A stretch of DNA of 63,426 nt, counting the filler, from Reticulomyxa filosa (lineage: Eukaryota; Protista; Foraminifera), in the NCBI GenBank assembly GCA_000512085.1. It is 18 parts of 18 records of this genome, joined end to end, with 100 filler letters (N's around TTAATTAATTAA, not from the genome) between each part and the next. Parts side by side here need not be neighbours in the genome. Positions count along the whole stretch, not along the records: positions 21,323 to 31,091 come from ASPP01024291.1; positions 31,192 to 35,347 come from ASPP01006059.1; positions 35,448 to 36,828 come from ASPP01022896.1; positions 36,929 to 38,546 come from ASPP01005422.1; positions 38,647 to 47,801 come from ASPP01012600.1; 13 more parts are not named here. One strand, 5' to 3'. The notes under the pieces are model-generated. The model did not search any database, was not told the origin of the DNA, and saw only the letters and a list, made by a program, of their open reading frames with translations. Both the position numbers and the translations under genes were made by a program. This document shows positions 26,390 through 38,697 of this stretch, one piece after another (the first letter of the stretch is position 1; the number at the start of each line of letters is the position of its first letter).

Positions 26390-26990
26390 ACTAACAAATT
26401 TTACTATGACGATCGATTCGAGTTTGCAACACATCAGTTTTTGCTAACAGAAAACGACAACTTTCGAGCAGCGTAACAAAAAAAAAGGGGGTGTCGCACA
26501 GTCATTCAAATCGAATATGAATTAAAGTATTTGTAATACGGTGCACAATTCATACTGACTCCTCCCTTACTACAAGACTATAAACAAATGGACAACAAAG
26601 ATGAAGTATTGAAAAATAATAACGCAAATGGTTTTGACTGTTGTTGCGAGCAATGGTGCTGGGTAGAAAAAGATAAATGGCAATCTTAATCTTTTCTTGA
26701 GGCTTTTTATTGCCACATTTGATTCCATCATCCTATATTGCAATTGCACACAATAATCTGGAGATGTTTATTCTGCTGAAAGAAAAAGTTGCAAAGATAT
26801 TATCATTTTTTACAAAAAGATGGATATCCAATTGGAGATTTCAGCAGTCAATTTTGTACTTGGTGTCAAATTGTAGCAAAATCTGAGACACATTTATTTA
26901 TACAGTCGAATGTTTTGAAATAGCGTCGAAAATTCAAATGTGATATTTGAGATAAATCATGCTGAGATTACTATCAAGCATTATCAGATG
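26390..26990 (+). pseudogene. Possible decayed TPR-family gene
   Basis: Fragments ECFEIASKIQ and IFEINHAEIT resemble a TPR helix and linker; many disruptions. Confidence 0.25.
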
Positions 26991-27846
26991 AAAAACAATC
27001 AAGGTTTCTGCTTGTTGAAAAAAAGGAATAGACGTAACAATTTTTTGTATCAATCGTGGCATCCCTCTCACAGAAAATCAAAAGAAAAATATTGTATTTT
27101 GTAACTTTTGACTTTTTTTAAAACATGTGAACAAATATTCATCAAATCAAATGTAATATCATATATTTTCTTGCAAACTAATTTTTTTAGAAAAATTGAT
27201 GCATTGTTGTTTTGGACAACGTGCAAAGACTGGCCTCATAACAGTCGGTAACACTTATATATTCAAATCAAACAAAGGTACAAGCATTTGATACACAAGA
27301 GGTGCGTTCAATACTCAATTCATGTTACTCCATAAGCGAACTGTTTGAATCATGTATGAGTATTATGAAAGAATCTTTTATTTAAAACTAGCTACCATAT
27401 TAAGAATTACAAGTGAACTGAGGAAATTCTAGCTTTTGATTTATTTTTGGAACTTTAACAAAGGAAATAGTGTCGGATAAGAGCACTGAACATGTTTTGC
27501 AGCATATTTAACTGACAATCATGTAATAATACGAGCAAGTTTCTAACGTCTTTGTGTTCTCTCAGTCTTTTTTTTTGCAACTTCCAGGAGAAAAAATTAA
27601 ATGTCAACGTATAAACCTCTTTACCAAAACCGAGATTGAACATCACAAAATGTGTGATCGTTTTTAAAAAAGTTATTTCAATCATTTTGCAGAAGGAAAG
27701 TGGTTCATTCTGACGATGCATCTCTTACCGATCCACATACATTTTAACTTGCACACTAAAAAAAAAATTCTTTCATTTGAATTTGGCGAATTTGTTTTCA
27801 GTACAATTTAATTTTTGGAAAACAAAGAAAAAAAAAAAAAAAGAAC

Positions 27847-28590
27847 CACTCTTCCAGGATTCCCTTCTTACCAGTTGTTTTTGTAGTTTTGTTATCACTT
27901 TCACCTGAATCATCATCGCCATTATGTTTTTTTATGTTTTTTGTTTTTATGTTTTTTGTTTTTGTGCTTTTTATGTTTATGCTTTTTGTGTTTTTTGTCA
28001 TTGTCATGGTCACTGTCGCTGTCATTGTCATTGTCATTATCTTTGTCCACTTTTTTATCTTTTTGTTTCGAATACGTCTTCTTTTCCTTGGCAAGTACTT
28101 CTTCACCATGTTTGTCGCGGCTATCGGAGGATGATTGCTTGCCTGATGCGGATACGCTCTCTTGTCTATCTTGGGATGAAGAGGAAAGCAATGATGTGTC
28201 CACTTTCGTGAAACCCTTTTCTGCTAACAGTTCGTGCATTTTGGAAATCGTCGCAATTTCGGACAACTGTGTTTTTGTGTTGTTCAATACAAGGTACGAC
28301 TGACCACACGATGGTGACACTGTTTCTGTTGCTGCTTGTTGCTTTTTCGTCTTATCTCTTTTCGCTTTCACCAACAGATCGGGATACATTGCGCAAACAC
28401 TTCGTCGGCCCTTTTTGACGAACTTGCAGTCGTCTTCCACAAATGACACCAGCTCCAAACTCAAGCAAGCTTGGTAGTTCCGAGGAATCACCAACTCGCC
28501 TTTTGAGTGTCTTTTCCCTTTCAATTCATCTCTGGCGCTTACAGTGCAACTCAATGCAAATAATAGAATGACAAAGTTAAACAGCTTCAT
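27847..28590 (-). CDS. Secreted Sep15/SelM-like protein with a D/N- and K/H-rich tail (exon 1; extra A near 27927)
   Basis: Signal peptide MKLFNFVILLFALSCTVSA; ELVSFVEDD, MYPDLLVK and HELLAEKGFTK echo SelM blocks. Confidence 0.45.
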
Positions 28591-28976
28591 AATTTCTTTA
28601 AGCAACACCACTCTTTATGATGTTGTCCAAGGTTTGTTCAAAAAAATTAAACTCAGAAGGAGTAAAAAACCCCTTTACTGTTGTAGTTTTGCTGGTTTGG
28701 AAAATCAGTCAATTGTGTCACTTGGACGATATGAATTGAACATAACCAAAAATTCATTTAGGTAATTGAAACACTTTTAATAACGAAAAAAAGTGTTGAT
28801 GTATTTGAAACCTAAAAACGAGAAAAAAATGTTTAGAAAATATTAAGTTCACTCATAGGCCGCATTTATTCTAGTTACTAACAAACAGGATGGTCTTGTC
28901 CATAGTTCCCACCGTTTTAGTAGCCGAGAGGGGAAAAGGGGAATACCAAAGTAATTTTCATAATTGATAATAAAAG

Positions 28977-29633
28977 ATGGATGCAAACAAAGATGAAGCA
29001 GAAAGATGTCTTGAACAAGCACGTCATTTGCGTGCAGAAGGCAGATATACGAAAGCCTTGAAATATGCTACAATATCACAGCGATTGTATCCCTGCGAAG
29101 CCACGTCGTCTTTCATCAGCGAGCTCCAACGAGAAAAAGAACAAAGTCAGGAGCCTAGGAATGCAAACAATCCAAGAGGCAATGTGCACAATGAAAGACC
29201 AACAACAACAACGACGACAGAGAATGAAGCAAGGACCTTTGCAAATGACAGAAATGGTCCAAATGGCTGGAACATTCGTTCGTATCTGCCTAACTGCATA
29301 AAAAATGTACGCATTGTCGAACGTTACCAAGGGTATATTAAGTTATTGGCGATCATTAATCTCTGCTTGTTATTGTACCGGTTTGTATATCTACAATACC
29401 CAATCGATTGGTTTAGCAGCAATTATCACAATCCCACAAATGTGGAGGGCATCCGCAATGACCGTTATCCTAGTGGACATGGAAGACATCATGGCTATCG
29501 AGGTAGCGAAGGAAGTAGCTTCTTTATCACCCCTTTTGGCTTTTATATGTCTGGAAATGTTGGAGGTGGCTTTAGTCTTTTGTCCGCACTTTTTCCTATA
29601 TTGTTCATGTTCTTTGCTTTGGCTAGAAGATAA
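28977..29633 (+). CDS. DNAJB12/14-like N-terminal helical domain + 2 TM, no J domain
   Basis: MDANKDEAERCLEQA...ALKYATISQRLYP; no HPD motif; intronless. Confidence 0.8.
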   Translation: MDANKDEAERCLEQARHLRAEGRYTKALKYATISQRLYPCEATSSFISELQREKEQSQEPRNANNPRGNVHNERPTTTTTTENEARTFANDRNGPNGWNIRSYLPNCIKNVRIVERYQGYIKLLAIINLCLLLYRFVYLQYPIDWFSSNYHNPTNVEGIRNDRYPSGHGRHHGYRGSEGSSFFITPFGFYMSGNVGGGFSLLSALFPILFMFFALARR

Positions 29634-30262
29634 TTTCACTCTCAAACCCAAAGGAACAAAAATAAAAAGGAATCTTTTGCACTTTTTTCGGAGTTACCTC
29701 TTTCATTAGGTTCAACAAATTTTTTTTTTTTGCCAAATGAACTTTACAATTTAAAATATCAAGATTACAAGTATTTCCAAATTTTATCAAAAAAACTTTT
29801 AAAATTGTAAACTTTTTTTTTTCAAGTGTCTCTTTCAAATCATGCTCTCAAAATTACTGGAATTGGCAAAAGTTTTATTTTATTAATCATGGGTCTTTGT
29901 GATTGTTGCCATATTTACAGTTTAATATTCTTTTGTTTTAAGTCTTAGTTTGTAATTAGGTTCCAGCTTATTGTCTGTTTTGTCAGAATTCTAACCTAAT
30001 GGGCTTATTACAATCTTTCCGTTTCCCAACGGTTGAAGTTATAGCCCGTCAGCAATTCAAACACATCAAAAACAGAAATCGTATCTCAGTTCTCATCTTA
30101 TTTTGTTTGTGCAAGCTTTCCTCCAGCAGGTGTGGACTGTTTCAATTCACGCCTGTTAGGAACATGCATATTTGTGTTGTCCTTGTAAGTGTAATAAAAA
30201 AACACAAGAAAATAAAAAGGGAGAAAGAAGGTCGAAATAAAGTGAGCTAGGAATTGAGAACA

Positions 30263-30954
30263 ATGGGTACCTGTGCATCTGCCGATGATTCTTCAAAAGA
30301 TATTGAAATCAATAGAGAATTAGCTCAAGACCGACAAAATGATTTACGAGTTCTAAAATTGCTTTTTTGGGAGCTGGTTAGTTGTTTTTTTTTTCTTTAT
30401 TATTTTTGTCCCGACTCATCATATTTTTTCCATTGGGCATCGTATACGTAATTTAAAAAAAAAAATTGAAAAGGTGGATCCGGGAAGTCGACACTATTCA
30501 AACAACTGCGAACGCTACGTGGAGACGGTTTTGAGGAAAAGGAAAAAGATGGATTCAAGATTCACATTTGGCACCAAATTGTTGAACAAGTAAAACGTTT
30601 AATTTCGGGATTTGCTGAATTAAAAGAAAAGGACCAAACCAAATTCGGAAAATTTGAAGTTGAAAGAATTTTTTTTTTTTTGTTGCTCCCCTTGGAACTT
30701 TTTTTTTTTTTAAAAAAAAAAAAAAAAACTAGCTAAGCGAACCCGCACAAAAAGCAGCCAAGTTTTTGGAAGGTCTAGAAACGGATGCGGAAGTGAGCAA
30801 AGAAATTGCAGACGCAATTGCGACGCTGTGGAAAGAGGATGCAATGAAAGCGACCTTTGAAGAGCGTGCGGCGTTGAAATTGGATGACACATCAGAATAT
30901 TTTTTCAACGAAATCGCCAGAATTGGAGAAAAAAACTATATGCCAACCGAAAGA
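30263..30954 (+). CDS. Heterotrimeric G-protein alpha subunit, 5' part (missing T at 30363-30368)
   Basis: MGTC acylation motif; KLLFLGA|GGSGKSTLFKQL; IATLWKE...YFFNEIARI...YMPTE; introns 30377-30473 and 30659-30732. Confidence 0.95.
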
Positions 30955-31056
30955 GTTTTGTTTCTTTGGCTTTTTCCCAATGCAAACATATTGCGTACAA
31001 TACATGCATATATTATATACATATATAATATATGTATGTAATGTCTTTTAAACAAA

Positions 31057-31091
<35 letters not shown>

Positions 31092-31322
31092 NNNNNNNNN
31101 NNNNNNNNNNNNNNNNNNNNNNNNNNNNNNNNNNNTTAATTAATTAANNNNNNNNNNNNNNNNNNNNNNNNNNNNNNNNNNNNNNNNNNNNTTTTTTTTT
31201 TTTTTTTTTTTGGCCTTTTTTTTTTTTTTTTTTTTAAGTGTTGCCATTTGTCATTGTCATTGTTGTCGTTTTCATACTTTTTTTTGTCTTGTTTTGTTTG
31301 CTCGCTCTTCCCCCCAATATAA

Positions 31323-32854
31323 TCAAAAAAACAATACTGTGTTCAACAGCTCCATCAATTGCTTCTTGTCTTGAGTATATTGAATTGCTTCCGTTTCTGC
31401 AACACTCAACAACTGCGTTTGCAAATGTTTCCTTTGAAAGTCTTTTTGCTTCACTTTTGCTTCTAACTCTTGTAATCGTGCATTCAATGCTCTCTGACCG
31501 TTTTCTTTCTTTTCCATCGTTGATAGAATTATGAATTTTTTTTAATCTGGACTGACAAAAAAGTCAGATGCCTCTCTACTCATCCTTAGCTTACAACGAG
31601 ATGCTTTCTCAAGGAAAAATATAAATAACTTTAAAAACCAATGAAAAAAACAGCCGAGAGATTAGTATATTTGCATATGAGGGATACTGTTTGATTAGTA
31701 AAGATGACATACAAAACAATTAAAGCCAAATGATTTAAAAAACAATACATAAATCAGTAGATTTAGTTTGACAAGAACAATGTCATTCCATCAACTCTTT
31801 CAAAATGCTGTCAAGGAATTTATTTTCCATATAATCAGTTGGGAACTTCTTCCAAGATATGGTTACCATCTTAGTTGTTGGAGAAACGTTGGTGATACTT
31901 TCGATCACACACTGCGAAGAAAACATTTCATCAAGCTCAATAGATTGATCTGCGGACTCAGGAAGAACAACCATTAATCCAAGCTTGCGACCTTCCTCTT
32001 TTTTTTTTGTTTACACATGGTTTATTCATAAAATATATTACACATACACATTTGTTAATTTCCATTATTTTTAGTGATGAAAGACGTGAAATAATCAAAA
32101 ATTCGTTGTCTTTTTCTTTGAAAATAACAAAATAATAGATTCGAAACGAGATTTCAAAACCGGATGCTCTTTCTTGTTCTTTGGTTTTTTATTTAATGTG
32201 GATCTCATTTCAAAGTCTATTTTGCATTTATGATTTGAGTTCGTTTTCTTTTGATCAAAACAAGTTGTTTATGTTTTGTTTTTCTCACTCTATTGATGGT
32301 GCGATGGTCACGTACAAAAAAAACAATATGCAATAGTGAGAGGAAAAAGAGTTTGCAGGACATCTCAAATATTTTGAAATATAAAATATGAAATGTGTGA
32401 TTTCTGGTTTTTATTTTGAAAATTGGCTGTTGAAAAATTGCTATCTTAGATTGCCTTAATTGTTGCAAAATCATACTTTCGCTTGTGCTTACTTGCTTGT
32501 TTGAGATTATTCTACTTTCATTGATTATTTGTTTTATTGAAACAGGATTCTCTATCTCTGTGGCAACTTCCGCTTTTGCCTCATTCTCACCTACTAATGA
32601 AATTTCTTTTTTTCTTCACTTTCGTTGGGTCTTTGCTCCTCTTGATTTGTAGTCACAGCTTCCACATTTTTTATTTCAAGGTCTGAAATTTCTGTTACTT
32701 TTGGCACCACTGAGCTTTCTTCCGTGGACATCTGCCGTTTGTGTGTAGAAAAACATGTCAGTCCGTTAAAACGGAGATGTGAGCCTAATACACGGGCATT
32801 TGATAGATAGAAGTTGAATAATCGATTTGATGACCGCAAAAATACGCCGTTCAT
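31323..32854 (-). pseudogene. Disrupted multi-exon gene with a mitochondrial-presequence-like N-terminus and C-terminal coiled coil
   Basis: MNGVFLRSSNRLFNFYLSNARVL..., followed by several frameshifts and in-frame stops. Confidence 0.4.
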
Positions 32855-33302
32855 TTTGTAAGTTTTTTTTAAATTAAATTAAATTAGCTCCTTTTCAACT
32901 CACGCTTAAAGAAAACTTTTACTGAAAGCTATTAAATTAAAAGACGATTCAAACAAATAAAAAACTGTAGTTATAATAAAATGTAACTACAAAAGTCGAC
33001 GACAAAAAGACAAATTTTTGTGTTATTTACTATACAGTTTTCTTTGCAATTTTTACAACAGATCGAAAAAAACATGAAAAAATTTGAAGTAGATAAATAG
33101 ATTCTTGCTAGCTGTAGTGCAGCGCACTACAATTTTATTTTGAGATAATCGAAATACTTATCAACGTTACTACCTAGATAGTAAAGTTGTTGAAGACTTA
33201 AGAAGAAAAAAAGTGGTTATTCCTTCTACTTCAGAATAATAGAGGCCGACAAAGACAGTTGACAAATTATTATGTGACAAGAATCAACCCTTCCTTCTTA
33301 AT

Positions 33303-34900
33303 ATGTTGACGCATCCACGAAGTTATTGCAGAATGTTTGGACTGTTTGTGGTCGTGCTTATACTGTACTCACTGATATACAGCAGGATCGAAAAAGGTGG
33401 ATGGAGTGAAGTGATTAAACCGTTCCGATTGCAAAAAGGATGCGTATATTATGGTGGAAATCTGTTCAATGAAAGCGGTAAAACTTATGCTCGTGCTCAA
33501 CAGTGTTTATCAAGAGTTATTCACCGTCCATCGAAATGGCCAAAAGAATCTGACCCGGATATAGTTTTGGAATGGACAAAATTGGGAGTGAACATAGAAA
33601 ATGATACTACATACAGTATAATATATCAAGTGTATGACACAATGAACGTGATGGATTTGATTTTGCAAAGCCTGTTTGTAACAACGCGTGGGAAGTGGGA
33701 ATTGATATTGATATTTGATGATTGCGACCAGGAATGCATTAGCAACCTTACAAGTCTAACGATGGCTTATATCGCCAAATTACATGATAACCACAACACC
33801 TTATGCACGGATGTGGAAAAGGCGATTTTAGAATTTCATCAACGCAAATTCGGGGACAGCAAAGACCAGGAAATTATGCAACAGTATCTAAAGCAATCAT
33901 CGTGGCTGTTCCAAGACAATATTTGCAGCAAACAATGGTTCCAAACTTGTGGTCAACTTAACCGAGTATTAATCTTAAGTCAAAAGTCTCCAGGATTATT
34001 TGAAACGAGTGCAAATAATCTTGGTTTGTTCATTAACTTTTTTTTTTTTTTTTGGTTCAATAGCATGTTTTAATCGTTTTGAAAGAAAAAAAAAATGTGT
34101 ACGTACACATATTAATCTTATCAAAAGGTATGTGCGTCTCGAAAGGAAAATATTATATAGTGTTACAAGATGATATGCAAATGACTCAGATCGGTTGGAA
34201 TGTAGAGATGACACTGCCCTTGATGTTGTACCCTGATATCGTATTTAGTAGTGGCGCAAGGGCAGCTAGCAACCTTGACCCGCACATGATCCTCTCATTT
34301 GGAGCTTCCTTACCTAAAAAAAATTTATTTGCAACCAAATTGAATCGATTTCCGCTTCAAGACCGATTGGATCCTCGAATACTGTTAAACGTGGCTCGAG
34401 AAAAATACTTTGGCAATCATACTCTGTTATATGACCTCAGTGATGTCATTGGTGGGAAACGGAGGGCAGATATCGATCATCCATTGAGTGATCGGTACTC
34501 TAGTCTCAGTGCAATGAAGACCTTTTTCATGCGCGATTACACCATGCGTGGGCCTTTGGTGTTTAATTCGACTGACATTCAGACAATTGGATTTCTTGAT
34601 GAAAAAAACTTTGTATTGGGTGCAGATGACATTGAATTAAGTGTTCGGTTCATCAATTTATTGCACAAAGTCACTGGATACAAGCCTTTGGAGTTTCGAA
34701 GTGATTTGGCTTGGGGAGGAACACGACGAAAAACCAGAAAACGTACTCCTTCTGAGATTGCTAATAAACAAGAGTTCTTGATGTTTCGCTTCAGTCGAAG
34801 ACATTCAATGCGTCGAGTGTTCAAGGGCATGTCTATCTTTGATGTTGGTTTACAAATTCAAATGGACAAAAAAGATGTCCTTCGACTAAACGTTTGCTAG
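33303..34900 (+). CDS. Type II membrane GT-A fold glycosyltransferase (GT2-like), 2 exons
   Basis: YSIIYQVYD, WELILIFDDC, ETSANNLG|MCVSKGKYYIVLQDDM, GFLDE..F.LGADD. Confidence 0.8.
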
Positions 34901-35567
34901 TAATACTTTGTGTCAAAACATGCATTGTATTCGTACAAGCTTTCTGTCAATACATTTTATTTATCATTGCGACACATTTTCAGTATGATTCTTGAATATT
35001 TTTTCATTGTTTCAATGTATGAGTACGTTCACGTGTTTTTTCCTTTTTGCTGCCCATGTTGTGGAACAAAACCAATAGAAATCACATTATACTTGATGCT
35101 GATTGCCTTTCTCTGATACAAATATTTTTTCTAATTTATACCTCACTTGGTACAGAAAATATCTATGTACTGAAGTAGATAGGTTCCAACGTACATAAGT
35201 TTAGACCCTGCCAAACTGTGTACGTTGGTTTGATTTAGTGTTAAAACATTATCACTTATTTTTTCAGAAGACAATCACCGTGAAAATTATCAAAAGGAAC
35301 ACTACAAACCACACTTACAGATGCACAACCCAAGTGCAAAAAAAAAANNNNNNNNNNNNNNNNNNNNNNNNNNNNNNNNNNNNNNNNNNNNTTAATTAAT
35401 TAANNNNNNNNNNNNNNNNNNNNNNNNNNNNNNNNNNNNNNNNNNNNAAAAAAAAAAAGGACATGACAACTTTTTTTTTTTTGAATTGCAAATGAAATGG
35501 TAATGACAAAAGGAGTAAGACATAGTAACAAGAAGTATGAAACTTGCATTTGCGTCATGTATCAAGA

Positions 35568-36812
35568 ACTAGGTCCAATTGCTAATATCGAGCTCGTTGA
35601 CGCAGAAGACCTCTTTGCAATTGAAGAAAGAGTTGACACATGAATGGCTGCATACTGATCAATGGAATCTACTGCGTATGTGGCCCAGAATTTCCGATGA
35701 AGATCTATTAATGTGGAACAAACTTATGTTTGTCTTATTTTATTGTTTTATATTTTTGGAAGGGCATATGTATGTGCATATATGTACATATATATGGTAA
35801 TGTGGATATATGATAATGTATTTCTCATGGCTCTATTTTTTATCAAAGTTTTTACGATTGATGGAAGTGAATGTCGATGGAACTTACGACAATACAAAGG
35901 TGAAAATTGATACATTTCCAAAACAAGCGACATGGTTGAATGTGGTGAGCAAATTAAATGGAAGTAAGGAAAATAAAGAAAAAAAAGAGCCTGTGGTTCA
36001 CTTGTGGTTGCTCTTTGAGCATGTGAAGGTGATTTATCCCGTATCGACCGGGCGAAGCGTCCAAGTGACCGCCGACGATTTGAAGATTCAAGATCCTCAA
36101 AAGTACGTGGGGATTCCTGATGATCATTTGAAGATTAGCTTAATCGATGTCTCCTTACCCAAAGACGTCATCATCCTCGTTGAAAGAAAGCGTGTCACAT
36201 CCGACAAAGACAAGAAAGCACAATCATCTTTTCCATGGCCATTGATCAAAGGACCAAATCAATGGAAAAATTTTCAACCTGGAGATATTCTGGACGCTCA
36301 AGTTATATATATGTATATGTACATATATATATTTTTAATATTTATATATTATTCAAATTTTTTTTTTGAATCATAGTGCATGTTTATGTGTTATAACAAA
36401 GGCATATATTCGTGTGATCACTTCTGAAGGGAGTCCAAACGCAGGGAAAGCGGTGCATTTTATTGGATGGACGGAGCGTTGGGATGAATGGATCCCCATT
36501 GGTGAATACGATAGGTTTACATTGAAACACATTCATTCGAAAGGGAAACCGTATTGTCCTCAACAAGTCAAAAAGGCGGCAACGGGAGAATCATCTTGGT
36601 TTCGAGAAGGATATGAAAAAGGAAAACTGGAACAAAAAGGAGTCGTCGGACTTTGTGATTTTGGGGAATACTTATTTTATGAACTCCACCATTCAATCCC
36701 CTTATTTGACTCATTATTTTCTAAATGGTGATTTTGTCCATCATATTCAACAAAAAAACAATCCATTGGGATGAAAAGAAAAATTTGACCAAGCATGGTC
36801 TCAGCAATGAAT
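35568..36812 (+). pseudogene. Ubiquitin-specific protease (DUSP + Tudor/MBT-like + Cys box) pseudogene
   Basis: GPIANIELVD, VHFIGWTERWDEWI, GVVGL../LGNTYFMNSTIQ (catalytic Cys replaced by Tyr at 36673), NNPLG*; frameshifts. Confidence 0.85.
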
Positions 36813-36989
36813 ATAAAGTCTTAGCTCCNNNNNNNNNNNNNNNNNNNNNNNNNNNNNNNNNNNNNNNNNNNNTTAATTAATTAANNNNNNNNNNNNNNNN
36901 NNNNNNNNNNNNNNNNNNNNNNNNNNNNAAAATGAACTTTAATTTATATATTATACATGTGTATATATATATGCATATATAGTATATTT

Positions 36990-38468
36990 GTTTAACAGAG
37001 CGATGATGATAAAAAGCATAAGTATCATTGAAGAGCGAGGCAGCCTGAAAGGGATTGACATGTCTGCATCCAGGAGCGACATGCCAAGCAAAGTATTGAA
37101 ACTTCCAAACTTTGGGGAAAATATAGAGTAAAGCGATACAAAGGAAAGCGTAGATAAGCGTGAGCAGCCATTGCAACAAAGGGATGTGAGAATCGCTTCG
37201 CTGTGGGTTTTGCAAAATGAACGCCAAAATGGGAATGATCAAATTCATGCCTCGACTGATGACATAGCAAGGGACGAATATACATAAGAATATGAAATCC
37301 AAGCTGATTTCGCAAAGCACTTTTAGACGCCCATAGAACGAGGGGACATCATACATACGGTTCCAATTGTAATGAAAAGGTTTGAGCCAATGGAACACAA
37401 GCAAATGATAAGGGCTGGTGTACTCATAGTTTTTGCAATATTTTCGAAAGTCATTACATTTCACTTGGCATTGGTACGTATAATAATAATGTGTATGTTT
37501 AGGTTGTCGCTGTTGTTGTCGTTGTCTATGGCGATATTTGGTGATCATGGCAATGGCCACAGGGAGGCCATTATCCTCATGGCGATGATGATGATGATGA
37601 TGATGATGATGCAGCAATAGCAAGTCATCAGCAGTGCTGCTAAGACTGGCCATAAATTCATTTTCATTTTCATTTTCAATGATATTATCATTATCATTAT
37701 CATCATCATTGTCATTGATACAATTATCATTGCCTTTGTTATTATTGTCATTATCATTGTCATTGCCATTGCCATTGTCATTACCATTGTCATTACCATT
37801 GTCATTACCATTGCCATTGCCATTATCATTATCATTATTATTATCATTATTATTATCATTGTCATTGTGATGGTAAAAAGTCGGCGTGGTGTAGCCATTC
37901 GATGTCCCTCTCGTAATCGTCTTTGCCGAAACGGAGCGAACGGTTACGAAATTGTCATCATTTTCCGAAAACATGTCCATGCAGCTAAATTTTTTTTTTT
38001 GGCAGTAAAGTATCGCCACGAACAGCGGTAGCGGGCCTGGGATTGACTGCGGCCTTGCTCCGTTTTGCGAATCACGTACATGTACTGCGGATTGTACAGA
38101 ATGCGATGCAAGAAGTCGAACAACACCTCGTCGTTGGTCGCAATTGACAGACGATAATTGATGGCAATCAGCCGATACTTCATATCGCACCGGTTCTTGG
38201 ACTGGTACAACCATTGGAAGATTTTCATAAACATGTCGCTATTTTTGAACCGGCTTTCGTTCCAGTAATAAAACAGCAGCGGAATCCATATGAACACCAT
38301 GATCTCCCCGCACATGCTAAATACCATCACCAACACCGCCCACACCAATAACGACAATACCATTATCACCACAAACGAGGTCACTTTGTAACATATGGTT
38401 ACGCAATTGTTGTTGTACATACTTACCGTCATCGTATTGTACACGTCCATTGCCGATATTATTATTGC
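36990..38468 (-). CDS. Multi-pass membrane protein with an N/D/G repeat and poly-His loop (frameshift in the homopolymer near 37990)
   Basis: ORF 37944-38450 joins ORF 36877-38214 at KKK/FSCMDM; hydrophobic segments on both sides. Confidence 0.65.
37582..37870 (-). repeat. Coding trinucleotide and hexanucleotide repeats (His10; ND/NG runs)
   Basis: (CAT)n and (AATGAT/AATGGC/AATGAC)n. Confidence 0.9.
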
Positions 38469-38502
38469 TATGATTAAATGAATATAATATTATATAAATA
38501 TA

Positions 38503-38546
<44 letters not shown>

Positions 38547-38697
38547 NNNNNNNNNNNNNNNNNNNNNNNNNNNNNNNNNNNNNNNNNNNNTTAATTAATT
38601 AANNNNNNNNNNNNNNNNNNNNNNNNNNNNNNNNNNNNNNNNNNNNTTTTAATTTTTAATTTTTAATTTTTAATTTTTAATTTTTAATTTGATTTAG

